Assembly (NCBI GenBank): GCA_025061115.1
Contig: JANZKC010000003.1
Location: forward strand, 64,001 to 128,000
Origin: Candidatus Culexmicrobium cathedralense
Lineage (GTDB): Archaea > Thermoproteota > Methanomethylicia > Culexarchaeales > Culexmicrobiaceae
DNA length: 64,000 nucleotides
Direction of reading: 5' to 3'
Shown here: positions 37,249-47,227 of the stretch, one piece after another
How the letters are laid out: every line of letters starts with the position of its first letter
Position numbering within the stretch: the first letter of the stretch is position 1
Notes under the pieces: model-generated
Databases searched by the model: none
The model's input: the letters and a program-made list of their open reading frames with translations, nothing else
What the model was told of the DNA's origin: nothing
Position numbers and translations under genes: made by a program

Positions 37249-40200
37249 TTAATAAAAGTGCAGTGTCGAATGTAGGAAATTCTTATTTTTAAATGGCAGT
37301 TCAGGGTAAGTTACTTTTTTATGTAGATGTTCACTTAATTCTTCGATACTTATGAATCCTTCAGTGTAAAGCCAATTGTGCGCTTTTGAAAGTTCAAGCA
37401 TTAAATTTTGGTCCAGTACGAGTGGAATGTTCAAATCTGCGGAGAGCCTTCTAATCTTATAGTCTAGTTTTGGTGTGTATCCCGAGCAGGCTACAAGCTT
37501 TATTTTATGTTCCTTTAAGGCTTTGCAGGCTTCATCAGCGTTTAGCTTTTCGAAGTTTCCAATAGCTCCTTTTTCTAGTGTGTAGATTTCTACATTTAAG
37601 TTGGCTAAAAATTCTGCAGCTTTGCTCATTATTGGCTGATGGCGTTTAATGCCGCTGTAAATAAGCACTGTATCTCCAGGATTTATGAGCTTATTGGGCT
37701 GTATTGAAAGCCAGCTTTTAAGTAATGCTTCTTCAAAGCAAAGTCCTTGGCTTGCTGCTTCCCCCGTACTTCTCATTTCGGGTCCAAGGTAAGGATATGC
37801 CTTTTTCATTTGAGCCCATGAAAATTGAGGCGACTTAACTGACCACCCATTTATTGGTGGCTCGTAAAAGTCCGCATTAGAAGGTAGTTTTAACTTGGCT
37901 TCGAGAATTGCTTGAGCGGCCATTTCCATGAGGTTTATTCCTCTAGACTTGCTTGAGAATGGCATTGAACGGCTTGCTCTCAAGTTTAACTCTATAACAT
38001 ATGGCTCTCCATTCTTAACTATGAACTGAATGTTAAATGGTCCTTTAACATTTAATTCTTTAGCTAAAGTAACTGCTATTTCTTTAACTTTTAATGCAGC
38101 AAATGGTTCGAGTTTTCGTGCTGCTGGTGTAACCATTGTTGAATCTCCGCTGTGAACTCCTGCTTCTTCGATATGCTCTAAAAGTACTCCAACAACTTGC
38201 TTTCCATCCGAAACGGCGTCAACTTCAACTTCAAGTGCATTTTCAATGAACTTTGAAACTACTGCTGGATGTTCAATTGAAATTTTGGCGGCATTTCCCA
38301 GGTACTCTATTAGCTCGCTTTCATTATGGGCAATTTTCATGGCTGCGCCGCTGAGGACGTAGCTAGGTCTAACGATTACCGGATATCCCACCTGATCTGC
38401 GAATCTCAGGACTTCCTTTAAGCTTGAAGCGGTGCACCATGGAGGCTGCTTAATACCTAGTTTTTCAAGAAGTTCAGCGAACTTTTCTCTATCTTCAGCT
38501 TTGTCGACGCTTATTCCGGATGTACCGAGTATCGTCACGCGTTTCTCTTCAAGTTTCTTGGCTATGTTATTGGCGATTTGTCCACCAGTGAAGACTACGA
38601 TTCCTAAGGGATTTTCCTTCCAGTAAATGTCCAATATTCGTTCGATGCTTATTTCCTCGAAGTAAAGCTTGTCATTTACATCCCAGTCCGTTGAAACTGT
38701 TTCTGGATTATAGTTAACTACGATTACTTCATATCCCCTCTTCTTGGCGGCCTCAGCAAATTCGACACATGCCCAGTCAAATTCCACTGAAACTCCGATC
38801 CTAAAGGTTCCGGCTCCGAGAACTATTATCTTGGGTTTCTTTGCGGTAAACGATATGTCGTCCTCAACGCCATTGTAGGTGACGTATAGGTAATTTGTTT
38901 TTGCAGGCCACTCAGCAGCCAACGTATCTATCTGCTTGACAACGGGAATAACTCCATGTTTAATGCGCGCTTTTCTTACCGCATCTTCGCTTAATCTTGT
39001 GAGTTTAGCTATTTGAAGGTCGCTGAATCCAAGCCGCTTAGCTTCAGCTATAAGCGTGTAAAGCTTATTCGAATCGCCTCTTCTCGCCGTTTTCCTCAGC
39101 TCTTCGGCTAGCTTAACAACTCTTCTAATAGCATTTAAGTAGTACTTATCTATTCCAGTAATTGCGTAGATTTCATCTACAGTTGCACCTAGCTTGAAAG
39201 CTTTAGCTGCCCTTAAAAACCAATATGGCTTTCTTGACTTTAAATCTTTAAGCACATCATGTAGGGATTCGGGCTCATCATAGTTACGCCCTCCTACGAG
39301 TCCCGGTTCACCGATATCCAGCATTCTAACTGCTTTCTGTAGGGCTTCTTCAAGGCATCTGCCTATTGCCATGACTTCTCCTATGCTTTTCATTTCCGAG
39401 CAGACTGAGCGTTCAATTTTAGCGAACTTGTCGAAGTCCCATCTCGGAACCTTAACTACTACGTAATCTAAGCTAGGTTCAAAACAGGCATGCGTCACTC
39501 CTGTGACTTTATTTAGAAGCTCGTCGAGCGTGTAGCCTAGAGCGAGTTTCGCTGCGATGTATGCTAATGGGTATCCAGTTGCTTTGCTGGCTAATGCGCT
39601 GCTTCTTGACATTCTTGGATTTGTTTCGATAATGAAGAATTCTTCGCCAGCTGGATGTAATGCAAGCTGAACATTGCACTCGCCTATTAGTTCTATCGCT
39701 TCAGCTACTTTAAGTGATGCTTTTCTTAAGAGGTAATATTCTCGATTGGTAATTGTTTGCGAAGGTGCAACAACTACTGAATCTCCCGTGTGAATTCCCA
39801 TAGGATCCACGTTTTCCAGGCAGGCTACAGCAACGCTATTTCCTCGAAAGTCTCTAACAACTTCAAATTCTATCTCCTTCCAGAAGTGAAGGTACTTTTC
39901 AATTAGGACTAAGTTTATCTCGCTATGGGCGAAGGCTCTAGCTAAATCATTTTCTAGCTGTTTTTCTGACCAAGCTATGGTTGAACCTCTTCCACCTAGG
40001 TTAAAGCTAACTCGGACAATGACGGGATAACCAATTTTCTCTGCTGCCTTCAATGCATCTTCAATTTTCTCTGCTGCTTTGCTTGGAGGAATTGGCAGTC
40101 CATGAGATGTCATGGTCTCGCAGAATAATTCCCTGTTTAAAGCTCTTTCAATTCCTTCAATTGGCGTGCCCAAGACCTTGACGCCATACTTTGATAGGAT

Positions 40201-40509
40201 GCCGCGCTTATGCAGCTGCAGTCCAATTGAAAGTGCAGTTTGCCCTCCAAAACCCAATAAAATGCCATCTGGCATTTCCCTCTCAATAACTTTCTCCACG
40301 AATTTCGCTTTAAGTGGAATTAAGTAGACTTTGTCTGCAAGTCTATGGGATGTCTGAATAGTAGCGACATTTGGATTTACGAGTATAGATTCTATTCCCT
40401 CCTCTCTCAGAGCTTTCAGTGCTTGGCTGCCACTATAGTCGAATTCGGCTGCTTCAGCTACTTTTATTGCTCCAGACCCTAAAACCAACACTCTGCTAGG
40501 ATACTCCAT
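37249..40509 (-). CDS. carB: carbamoyl-phosphate synthase large subunit
   Basis: AEFDYSGSQA, NPNVATIQT, HTGDS, NPRMSRSSALASKATGYP, NYNPETVSTD and RPSYVLSG. Confidence 0.97.
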   Translation of the reverse strand: MEYPSRVLVLGSGAIKVAEAAEFDYSGSQALKALREEGIESILVNPNVATIQTSHRLADKVYLIPLKAKFVEKVIEREMPDGILLGFGGQTALSIGLQLHKRGILSKYGVKVLGTPIEGIERALNRELFCETMTSHGLPIPPSKAAEKIEDALKAAEKIGYPVIVRVSFNLGGRGSTIAWSEKQLENDLARAFAHSEINLVLIEKYLHFWKEIEFEVVRDFRGNSVAVACLENVDPMGIHTGDSVVVAPSQTITNREYYLLRKASLKVAEAIELIGECNVQLALHPAGEEFFIIETNPRMSRSSALASKATGYPLAYIAAKLALGYTLDELLNKVTGVTHACFEPSLDYVVVKVPRWDFDKFAKIERSVCSEMKSIGEVMAIGRCLEEALQKAVRMLDIGEPGLVGGRNYDEPESLHDVLKDLKSRKPYWFLRAAKAFKLGATVDEIYAITGIDKYYLNAIRRVVKLAEELRKTARRGDSNKLYTLIAEAKRLGFSDLQIAKLTRLSEDAVRKARIKHGVIPVVKQIDTLAAEWPAKTNYLYVTYNGVEDDISFTAKKPKIIVLGAGTFRIGVSVEFDWACVEFAEAAKKRGYEVIVVNYNPETVSTDWDVNDKLYFEEISIERILDIYWKENPLGIVVFTGGQIANNIAKKLEEKRVTILGTSGISVDKAEDREKFAELLEKLGIKQPPWCTASSLKEVLRFADQVGYPVIVRPSYVLSGAAMKIAHNESELIEYLGNAAKISIEHPAVVSKFIENALEVEVDAVSDGKQVVGVLLEHIEEAGVHSGDSTMVTPAARKLEPFAALKVKEIAVTLAKELNVKGPFNIQFIVKNGEPYVIELNLRASRSMPFSSKSRGINLMEMAAQAILEAKLKLPSNADFYEPPINGWSVKSPQFSWAQMKKAYPYLGPEMRSTGEAASQGLCFEEALLKSWLSIQPNKLINPGDTVLIYSGIKRHQPIMSKAAEFLANLNVEIYTLEKGAIGNFEKLNADEACKALKEHKIKLVACSGYTPKLDYKIRRLSADLNIPLVLDQNLMLELSKAHNWLYTEGFISIEELSEHLHKKVTYPELPFKNKNFLHSTLHFY

Positions 40510-41665
40510 ATCTAATCACCAACCTATCGAAAATGTCGAAGATCCACGAGGTATCTGGAGGGCCAGGTGAAGCTTCAGGATGAAATTGAACTGTAAGTAT
40601 CGGCTTGTCCTTATGCTTTAATCCTTCTACGCTTTTATCATCGACATTTATGAACCAAATTTTAAAACATACTTTCTCTGCAGTTTCACCGCTTACTGCA
40701 AAGCCATGATTTTGACTCGTAACGTAGCATCTCCCAGTTTCTAAATTCATGCAGGGCTTGTTGGCCCCTCTATGCCCGTACTTTAACTTGTACACTTCTG
40801 CCTCTTGGGATAAGGCTATTATTTGATGGCCTAAGCATATCCCCATCAGTGGCACCCCATATTCTACGAGTGCTTTGACGGCCTCTATGGTGTCACCTAG
40901 GATTGCTGGGTTTCCAGGACCATTGCTGACCACTACTCCGCATGGCTTCCACGACATGATCTCGTCAACTGAGCAGTTGTATGGAAATCTAACAATTTTA
41001 TAACCTCTCGATAAGAGCTCCCTTAAAATTCCATACTTTACTCCGCAATCGATTATAGCAACGAGCTTTTTACTTTCGCGGTGCGGTTGGTGAACTATGA
41101 TCTTTCGCGGCGAAACTCTTTCAACTAAATTCAAGTTATCGTATCTTGGTGTTTTTGCAAGTATTTCTGAAAGCTCCTCTATGCTGCATTTTTCTTGTTG
41201 TGAAAAGACCTTGAGTACTCCCATCATAACGCCTTTAGTCCTTAGCTTTTTCACGAGGAACCTCGTGTCAACGCAGCTCATTCCAGGAATTCCTTCAGCT
41301 TTAAGCCACTCATGTAAGCTCATGGTTGAAGCCCAGTGGCTTGGATCAGTTTCTTCAGCTACAATTAATCCTTCTACATGTATATTGTCGGACTCGTAGT
41401 GTAATGGTATTCCGCACAACTTTAGCTCTCTGCCCGGCACTCCATAATTTCCGACGAGCGGATAGGTAATGACGAGTATTTGCCCCTCATAAGATGGATC
41501 GGTTAAAGATTCTGGATAGCCAACCATGCTTGTAGTGAAAACGACTTCTCCAACTTTAAGACCAGGAGCTCCAAAACCACAACCTTCAATGAGAGTTCCA
41601 TCCTCCAAGAGAAGAAGCGCATTTAATCCTCGCCTGCATCTGGCTTTAAGCTTGACATGCTGCAA
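40496..41665 (-). CDS. carA: carbamoyl-phosphate synthase small (glutaminase) subunit
   Basis: GEVVFTT.MVGY.ESLTDPSY, SNGPGNP, GICLGHQ, SQNHGFAV and QFHPEASPGP; overlaps the carB start. Confidence 0.96.
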   Translation of the reverse strand: MQHVKLKARCRRGLNALLLLEDGTLIEGCGFGAPGLKVGEVVFTTSMVGYPESLTDPSYEGQILVITYPLVGNYGVPGRELKLCGIPLHYESDNIHVEGLIVAEETDPSHWASTMSLHEWLKAEGIPGMSCVDTRFLVKKLRTKGVMMGVLKVFSQQEKCSIEELSEILAKTPRYDNLNLVERVSPRKIIVHQPHRESKKLVAIIDCGVKYGILRELLSRGYKIVRFPYNCSVDEIMSWKPCGVVVSNGPGNPAILGDTIEAVKALVEYGVPLMGICLGHQIIALSQEAEVYKLKYGHRGANKPCMNLETGRCYVTSQNHGFAVSGETAEKVCFKIWFINVDDKSVEGLKHKDKPILTVQFHPEASPGPPDTSWIFDIFDRLVIRYGVS

Positions 41666-41887
41666 TCCATAACCTCTCTACACAAAAGTTTGAGGGTGCT
41701 TTTAACCTTAACGTTATTCCAATCACATATGTTTCGAAATATGTTCCATTTAAAACTAACATAACAGATGTTCACCATGAAGTTGCGTGTGAAAATGGCT
41801 TCACAAGCAGATTTGCTTTATTCCAGCAAAGCCTTAAGTATTTGCTAGCTCTTAAAGTAAGTATGCCTCGGCGGATGGAGGTCAAAC

Positions 41888-42427
41888 ATGTCAAGGGTGA
41901 GTTCTAAAATTTGGATAATGCGAGACTACCTGAAGTGCAGCGGCTGTAGATTATGTGAAATTGCCTGCTCGCTATTTCATGAAGGTAAAATTTGGCCTGA
42001 AGCCTCAAGAATACGAGTTTTCATGCTGGTTCCAGGCCTAGAATTTCCCCACTTCTGCGCTCAGTGCATCGACTACCCATGTGTCAATGCTTGCCAGGTA
42101 GGTGCTCTCAGCGTCGATGAAGGTACTGGCGCAGTAGTAGTTGACAAGGATAAGTGCACTGCCTGCGGCGCATGCATCGAAGCTTGTCCAGGAAAGATAC
42201 CGCATATTCATCCATCAGAGAAGTATGTTCTCATATGTGATTTATGCGGTGGAGATCCTCAGTGCGTAAAGGTCTGCGAGATGGGCAAGTGGAATGCTCT
42301 TTGGATCGTTCCTAGAAGTAGCGTTGAGAAGCAGTGCAAGCTTTACGCTAGAACTCCAGAGGAAATTACTGAGGATTTGGCAGTTAATGTTTATGGCGAG
42401 TTTGGGAGGGAGATTTGTAGTGAGTAG
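41888..42427 (+). CDS. four-cluster 4Fe-4S electron-transfer subunit (WOR5 small-subunit type)
   Basis: CSGCRLCEIAC, CAQC..PCVNAC, CTACGACIEACP and CDLC...CVKVC; GGAGGT RBS. Confidence 0.9.
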   Translation: MSRVSSKIWIMRDYLKCSGCRLCEIACSLFHEGKIWPEASRIRVFMLVPGLEFPHFCAQCIDYPCVNACQVGALSVDEGTGAVVVDKDKCTACGACIEACPGKIPHIHPSEKYVLICDLCGGDPQCVKVCEMGKWNALWIVPRSSVEKQCKLYARTPEEITEDLAVNVYGEFGREICSE

Positions 42428-44297
42428 GGGTTATGCTGGTAAATTCCTTGAAATAAACTTGAGTCAAGAGAAGATTTCCGAGATAACGTTTGAAGAGGAA
42501 GTTCTCCAACAATATGTTGGTGGAAGGGGCCTTGCAGCTAAAGTTTTATGGGACAGGCTTGGGAGCAGGTGGGATGAAGTAGATCCTCTTAGCCCTGAGA
42601 ATCTGTTGATAATATTTTCAGGGCCGCTAACAGGCTTTTATCCAGGAGGGCGAGTATGCGTTTCAGGTAAGTCTCCGCAAAGCAATGGTATCGTTGGATC
42701 TACGGTGGGCGGGGAATTCGGCATAGAGTTGAAGTGTTCAGGGTATGATGGCATCATTATTAGTGGAGCTGCAAGCAGCCCAGTATACATCTTCATCAAA
42801 GATGATAAGGTTGAAATTAGGGATGCTTCGCATGTTTGGGGGAAGGATGGCAAGCAAACTGTGAAGATTCTAACTCGAGAACTGAGAAGTGAGCTGGAGA
42901 GGAGCTACCCTAGATATGGGAAGTGGAAGGAGCCAGCATTGCTTTACATTGGGCCGGCTGGAGAGAGCAAATGTAGAATAGCTACTGTAATGGCTAAGTG
43001 GACTCACGCGGCAGGGTATGGTGGGTATGGAGCTGTAATGGGCTCAAAGAACTTGAAGGCAATAGCAGTGAAAGGAACTGGTCCTCTTCCGGACGTTTAT
43101 AACCCAATTAAGGTGCACCTATTAATGCATGAAGTTTTCAACGCCTGCATAGCGAGAGATGGAATGAGGCGATGGGGGACTGGAAGTGCAGGCTATTATG
43201 TAGGTTATGCGCTTAGCTCTGAGCCTGTGAGAAATTGGCAGGAAGAATGGCATGATGAGAAAAGCTTCGGCGTTGATAAGTTTGAGCGCAAAGTTTGGGT
43301 TAAGAGGTATTGGGGCGATTATGGCTGTCCAACTACTTGCCTTAAAATAGCTGTCGTAAGATCTGGACCTTTCGCTGGAGCGATAACCGACAATCCAGAT
43401 TATGAATTGCAAGCATATTTAGGAACTAACCTCGGCATCTTCACTCCAGAAGGAAACGTTTATGTTTCATCAATAATAGATGACTTGGGATTATGTGGAA
43501 TAAATGCTGGAAACGTACTTGGATTTGCCGCAGAACTTTATCAGCGTGGAATATTAAGTAAAGAAGATTTAGGTGGAATAGAACTAAAGTGGGGCGATCC
43601 TAAAGCCTTTGCAGAATTAGCAATTAAAATCGCGAAAAGAGAAGGCATTGGAGACGTTTTAGCTGAAGGAACGTACAGAGCTGCCTTAAAGATAAGTGAA
43701 ATGAAAGGAGTAGATGTTATGAAGTACGCAGTCCAAGTAAAGGGAATTGCAGTTGGAGCTCATGGAATTAGAAGTGGATTAGATTATCCAACTCCAATTG
43801 CATATGCCTGCTCAGTTCAGGGTGGAGACCACACGTCGGTTGCTAGATTACCCATTCATTCCCATGGAAGTGAAGTCATAAGATCGCTTCTCGACTCGGC
43901 AGTAATATGCATATTCAACTATTTCGCAGATCCAACTTTATTCTGGAAATTCTTTGAAGCAGTTACTGGATGGAGCCTCACGCCAGAGCGATGGGCTTCA
44001 GAGGATGGATTAAGGATAATACAAATACAGAGGGCAGCTTTACTCCTTGGAGGTCCAGATTTTACATGGAACCCGCAAATTCACGATGATAATCCGCCGA
44101 GGTTCTACGAGCCTTTACCATCAGGGCCCTATAAGGGACAAGCAGCTGATAAGGATGAAGTTGAAAAACTGAAGAAGGAATACTATGAAACTGTTGGCTG
44201 GGATGATAAGGGCATTCCAAAGAGCGACATGCTGAGAAAGCTTGGATTGGAAAGCGTTGATAAAGCACTAGATAAAGTTAGGAGGAAATATGAATGA
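42420..44297 (+). CDS. tungsten oxidoreductase, WOR5-like large subunit
   Basis: HAAGYGGYGAVMGSKNLKA, SSEPVRNWQEE, DYGCPTTC, PDYELQAY, AHGIRS, QGGDH and DDNPPRFYEPLPSGP closely resemble P. furiosus WOR5 as recalled. GTG 42420 overlaps the small-subunit end. Confidence 0.85.
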   Translation: MSRGYAGKFLEINLSQEKISEITFEEEVLQQYVGGRGLAAKVLWDRLGSRWDEVDPLSPENLLIIFSGPLTGFYPGGRVCVSGKSPQSNGIVGSTVGGEFGIELKCSGYDGIIISGAASSPVYIFIKDDKVEIRDASHVWGKDGKQTVKILTRELRSELERSYPRYGKWKEPALLYIGPAGESKCRIATVMAKWTHAAGYGGYGAVMGSKNLKAIAVKGTGPLPDVYNPIKVHLLMHEVFNACIARDGMRRWGTGSAGYYVGYALSSEPVRNWQEEWHDEKSFGVDKFERKVWVKRYWGDYGCPTTCLKIAVVRSGPFAGAITDNPDYELQAYLGTNLGIFTPEGNVYVSSIIDDLGLCGINAGNVLGFAAELYQRGILSKEDLGGIELKWGDPKAFAELAIKIAKREGIGDVLAEGTYRAALKISEMKGVDVMKYAVQVKGIAVGAHGIRSGLDYPTPIAYACSVQGGDHTSVARLPIHSHGSEVIRSLLDSAVICIFNYFADPTLFWKFFEAVTGWSLTPERWASEDGLRIIQIQRAALLLGGPDFTWNPQIHDDNPPRFYEPLPSGPYKGQAADKDEVEKLKKEYYETVGWDDKGIPKSDMLRKLGLESVDKALDKVRRKYE

Positions 44298-44812
44298 GCG
44301 CATATGAAACGATTCTCAAAAGAAGAAGCATTAGAGCTTATAGGAAGAGCGAGCTAACTAAAGAGCAACTATTAAAGCTCTTAAATGCTGCGAGAATGGC
44401 TCCAAGTGCAAGAAACTTGCAGCCATGGCACTTCATCGTAGTACTGGATGAAGAATTAAAACGTAAAATGGTTCCAATATGCAGAAATCAAAAATTTGTT
44501 GGAGATGCAGCATGCCTAATAGTAGGTCTCGCAGATGTGGAAGCATCTCCAAAATGGTCGAAAGTAGATGTGACAATAGCCTTAGAGCACATCGTCCTAG
44601 TAGCACAAGAATTAGGACTAGGAACCTGCTGGATAGGGGCATTTGAAGAAAATGAAGTTAAAAAATTGCTGAAGATACCTGACAAATTCAAAATAGTTGC
44701 AATAATTTCAATTGGTTACCCAGCGGAACAACCTCCACAAAAGCCAAGGAAGCCCCTCAAAGAAATATACTCAATTAACTACTATGGAAATCCACATAAA
44801 CCAATTAACTAA
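44294..44812 (+). CDS. nitroreductase family flavoprotein
   Basis: RRSIRAY, APSARNLQPW, GLGTCWIG and GYP; overlapping start/stop (ATGA) with the WOR gene. Confidence 0.9.
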   Translation: MSAYETILKRRSIRAYRKSELTKEQLLKLLNAARMAPSARNLQPWHFIVVLDEELKRKMVPICRNQKFVGDAACLIVGLADVEASPKWSKVDVTIALEHIVLVAQELGLGTCWIGAFEENEVKKLLKIPDKFKIVAIISIGYPAEQPPQKPRKPLKEIYSINYYGNPHKPIN

Positions 44813-44833
44813 CAATGGGAGCGAGAAAACGCC

Positions 44834-45106
44834 GTGAGCAAATATGAAATTGAAAGAATGGCGAGAGAAGCAGCAGAAAGATATAATAAGTATAGAGCCC
44901 CAGAAGCAATGATCAAATTATTATCAGTTAAAGATAACGCCATTGAAGCATTAATATCGGGATCATTCTGCAGAAGCTGCGGCTTATACGACTGGATTGA
45001 AGATTACAAATACGAGTTAATGGACATGATTGGAACGCAGATTGAAATAGTTTACATAGAACAAGTCAATGAGGAATCATTTAAAGTTAAATTTAAAATA
45101 AAATAA
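44834..45106 (+). CDS. small CxxC protein
   Basis: 90 aa, YNKYRAPEA and GSFCRSCGLYDWIED; last gene of the WOR5-like operon. Confidence 0.75.
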   Translation: MSKYEIERMAREAAERYNKYRAPEAMIKLLSVKDNAIEALISGSFCRSCGLYDWIEDYKYELMDMIGTQIEIVYIEQVNEESFKVKFKIK

Positions 45107-45116
45107 TTTTTATTTT

Positions 45117-46484
45117 TTAGATTTTCTTAACTAGCTTGTACCTTTCATATATCATTTCGACTTTATCCTCTTTAATCGTAAATTCAATAGTGTGTCTTCT
45201 CCAGTTGGATATGGTATAGAAGGTGGATTTCTCTTCTTTAACTTCAACTGGAATTAGTGGTATTGTTATTTCAGTAAATTTATCTCTAATCACTGCAATA
45301 AGGAAGTTACCCTTTCTTTTTACATCGATATTCATGGTGCCCTTGTACGTTTCGTACATTCCTTGAAGTTTACTCAGAATTCTATCTTTCTTGATTATTG
45401 GTAGTTCTTCTGGATTAACTCCTAGGAGGTAAGCTATGACGTACATCCCAATATTGGATAATGGATATCCGCTTGAATTAGCTAGAATTGCAACTCCAAT
45501 TTTCTTCTCAGGCACGTATCCCACGTAGGCTGTGTGAACTAGTACTGAGCCTGAGTGATTTATGAGCTTGTAACCGTAGAAGTTTGGTATGATGCCCCAC
45601 CCATAACCGTAGGATTCGCCGCCGAACAATTCGTATGGTAGGCGAATGTGCTCCGTCTCCATAACTTCAAGTAGATCTTTGCTTATGATTCTTTTTCCCT
45701 CGAATTCGCCTCTACCGATGTACATTTTAATGTAGTTTGATAAATCAATTACATTGCTAATAAGGCCTCCATCTGAGGTTATACCATATGGAAATCTGCT
45801 TGGAACGTGTTTTCCATTCTTATCGACGATGTAAGGCGTAGCAAAATCTCCATCAGCTTCAACTTCGACTTTAGAGAAATACGTTCTATTCATTTTCAGG
45901 GGCTTCAAGATTTTCTCCTTAACGTATTCTTCGTATTTAATTCCGCTTACTTTTGAGATTATGTAGCCTAAAAGCACGTAGCCTTCATTGAGGTAAAAGA
46001 ACTTTTCACCCGGCTTGCAATGCACCCACTTATCGGCTTCTTTCATAAAAGTGATAATATCATCTGGCGTTGCAACTGGAAGCCAATGCCCGTCCAAGCC
46101 TAAAACTCCTCTAATGAATGCTTCTGCATAAGCTAGTGCTGGTATGCCTGAAGTGTGAGTTAAAAGATTGTGTATTTTTATTTCTTCGCCAAAAGGCCTA
46201 ATCCTTAAGGGAACGTACTTTTCAATGGAGTCTTCAAGATTAACTTTACCTTCCTCTACGAGTTTCAATATAGCAAGTGCAGTGAATGATTTGGTTACCG
46301 AGCCTATTCCAAATAGAGTTCTTGGAGTTACTGAAACTCCAGAAGATAAATCTTTAAAGCCAAAACCCCTAACATAGGCGAGTTCATCCTCTTTGACAAT
46401 GGCGATGCTAAGCCCAGGAATTCTGGTTTCGCTCATTTTTTCGAGGATAAATTTTTCGCAGATGCTAAAGTTTTCATGCTTCAT
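45117..46484 (-). CDS. beta-lactamase-fold serine peptidase (Pab87/CubicO-like)
   Basis: SVTK, LLTHTSG, YLN and HSG catalytic motifs plus a C-terminal beta-barrel extension. Confidence 0.88.
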   Translation of the reverse strand: MKHENFSICEKFILEKMSETRIPGLSIAIVKEDELAYVRGFGFKDLSSGVSVTPRTLFGIGSVTKSFTALAILKLVEEGKVNLEDSIEKYVPLRIRPFGEEIKIHNLLTHTSGIPALAYAEAFIRGVLGLDGHWLPVATPDDIITFMKEADKWVHCKPGEKFFYLNEGYVLLGYIISKVSGIKYEEYVKEKILKPLKMNRTYFSKVEVEADGDFATPYIVDKNGKHVPSRFPYGITSDGGLISNVIDLSNYIKMYIGRGEFEGKRIISKDLLEVMETEHIRLPYELFGGESYGYGWGIIPNFYGYKLINHSGSVLVHTAYVGYVPEKKIGVAILANSSGYPLSNIGMYVIAYLLGVNPEELPIIKKDRILSKLQGMYETYKGTMNIDVKRKGNFLIAVIRDKFTEITIPLIPVEVKEEKSTFYTISNWRRHTIEFTIKEDKVEMIYERYKLVKKI

Positions 46485-46642
46485 GATTTCACCAAATATT
46501 ATTTTGAATTATCTTAGTTATATATTAGTGTAGTTCCAAGCTACTTAAGCTAGATTCTTAATATTTTGCTCATTAAATTTAACTCCACTTTAATGCTATT
46601 TCAATGATGATTTAAATAGAATTTATAACACAATAAGAATTA

Positions 46643-47010
46643 ATGGAAGAGAAAATCCTAAGCGACCCAACCTTAAGGCTCCCTTTAGCAGAAACTCAAG
46701 TGAAAGCACTGAAAATCAGTACATCTAAGCAATCAAAACCTCTACGAAGTATACAACACAAAATCATTGGAATTGATTTCAAAATAGAGGTAGAAAAATA
46801 TGTTCCATCAAAAATCAAATGTAATGGGAGACTTTGCCTTGATACACTCAATAGTTAAAATAAGGCAAATAAAAAGCAATATGAGAAAAATACTAATAGA
46901 TCAAAAATACAAAGATACCCGGATTAATGGAAGAACAGTAGCAAATTATAGAAGAATTAACAAGAAGAATTGATTTTTGTAGCAAGAAATTGCATATAAA
47001 CTTACGGCAT
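46643..47010 (+). pseudogene. degraded ORF remnant
   Basis: TATA-like sequence plus ATG, then purine-rich coding-like sequence continuing across several frames with stops. No product recognised. Confidence 0.35.
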
Positions 47011-47142
47011 TTCAGCAATCTCAGCCCTTCAATTTTTCATGATAAATGCAAATTTTGATGGAAGTTTCACATCAGCACTTTGCGATAAAATAGTCAATGC
47101 AAACTTATATCCTTCCCATTAATTTTAAATTAGTGATGGTAA

Positions 47143-47227
47143 TGGGCCGTAGGGCCTGAATCAAAGGACGAGTGCTGAGCTAACTGAACTGTGATGAAGG
47201 GGTTAACAGCTGATGACCCCCGGCCCA
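47143..47227 (+). ncRNA. box C/D guide sRNA (candidate)
   Basis: C-like AGGACGA 47165-71, 12-nt guide, D' CTGA 47184-87, C' GTGATGA 47191-97, 12-nt guide, D CTGA 47210-13. Closed by a 7-bp stem TGGGCCG/CGGCCCA. GC-rich island in an AT-rich spacer. Confidence 0.75.

Noticed and set aside
41726-41745. Imperfect palindrome ACATATGTTTCGAAATATGT in the carA / WOR5 divergent spacer
   Set aside because: Single AT-rich occurrence with a bulge and no second copy found, so it cannot be supported as an operator.
47189-47221. Fluoride-riboswitch or hammerhead reading of GATG..GGGGT..GCTGATGACCCC
   Set aside because: Lacks the riboswitch P2 region and a downstream gene, and has no GAAA for a hammerhead core. 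The C/D box spacing explains the sequence better.
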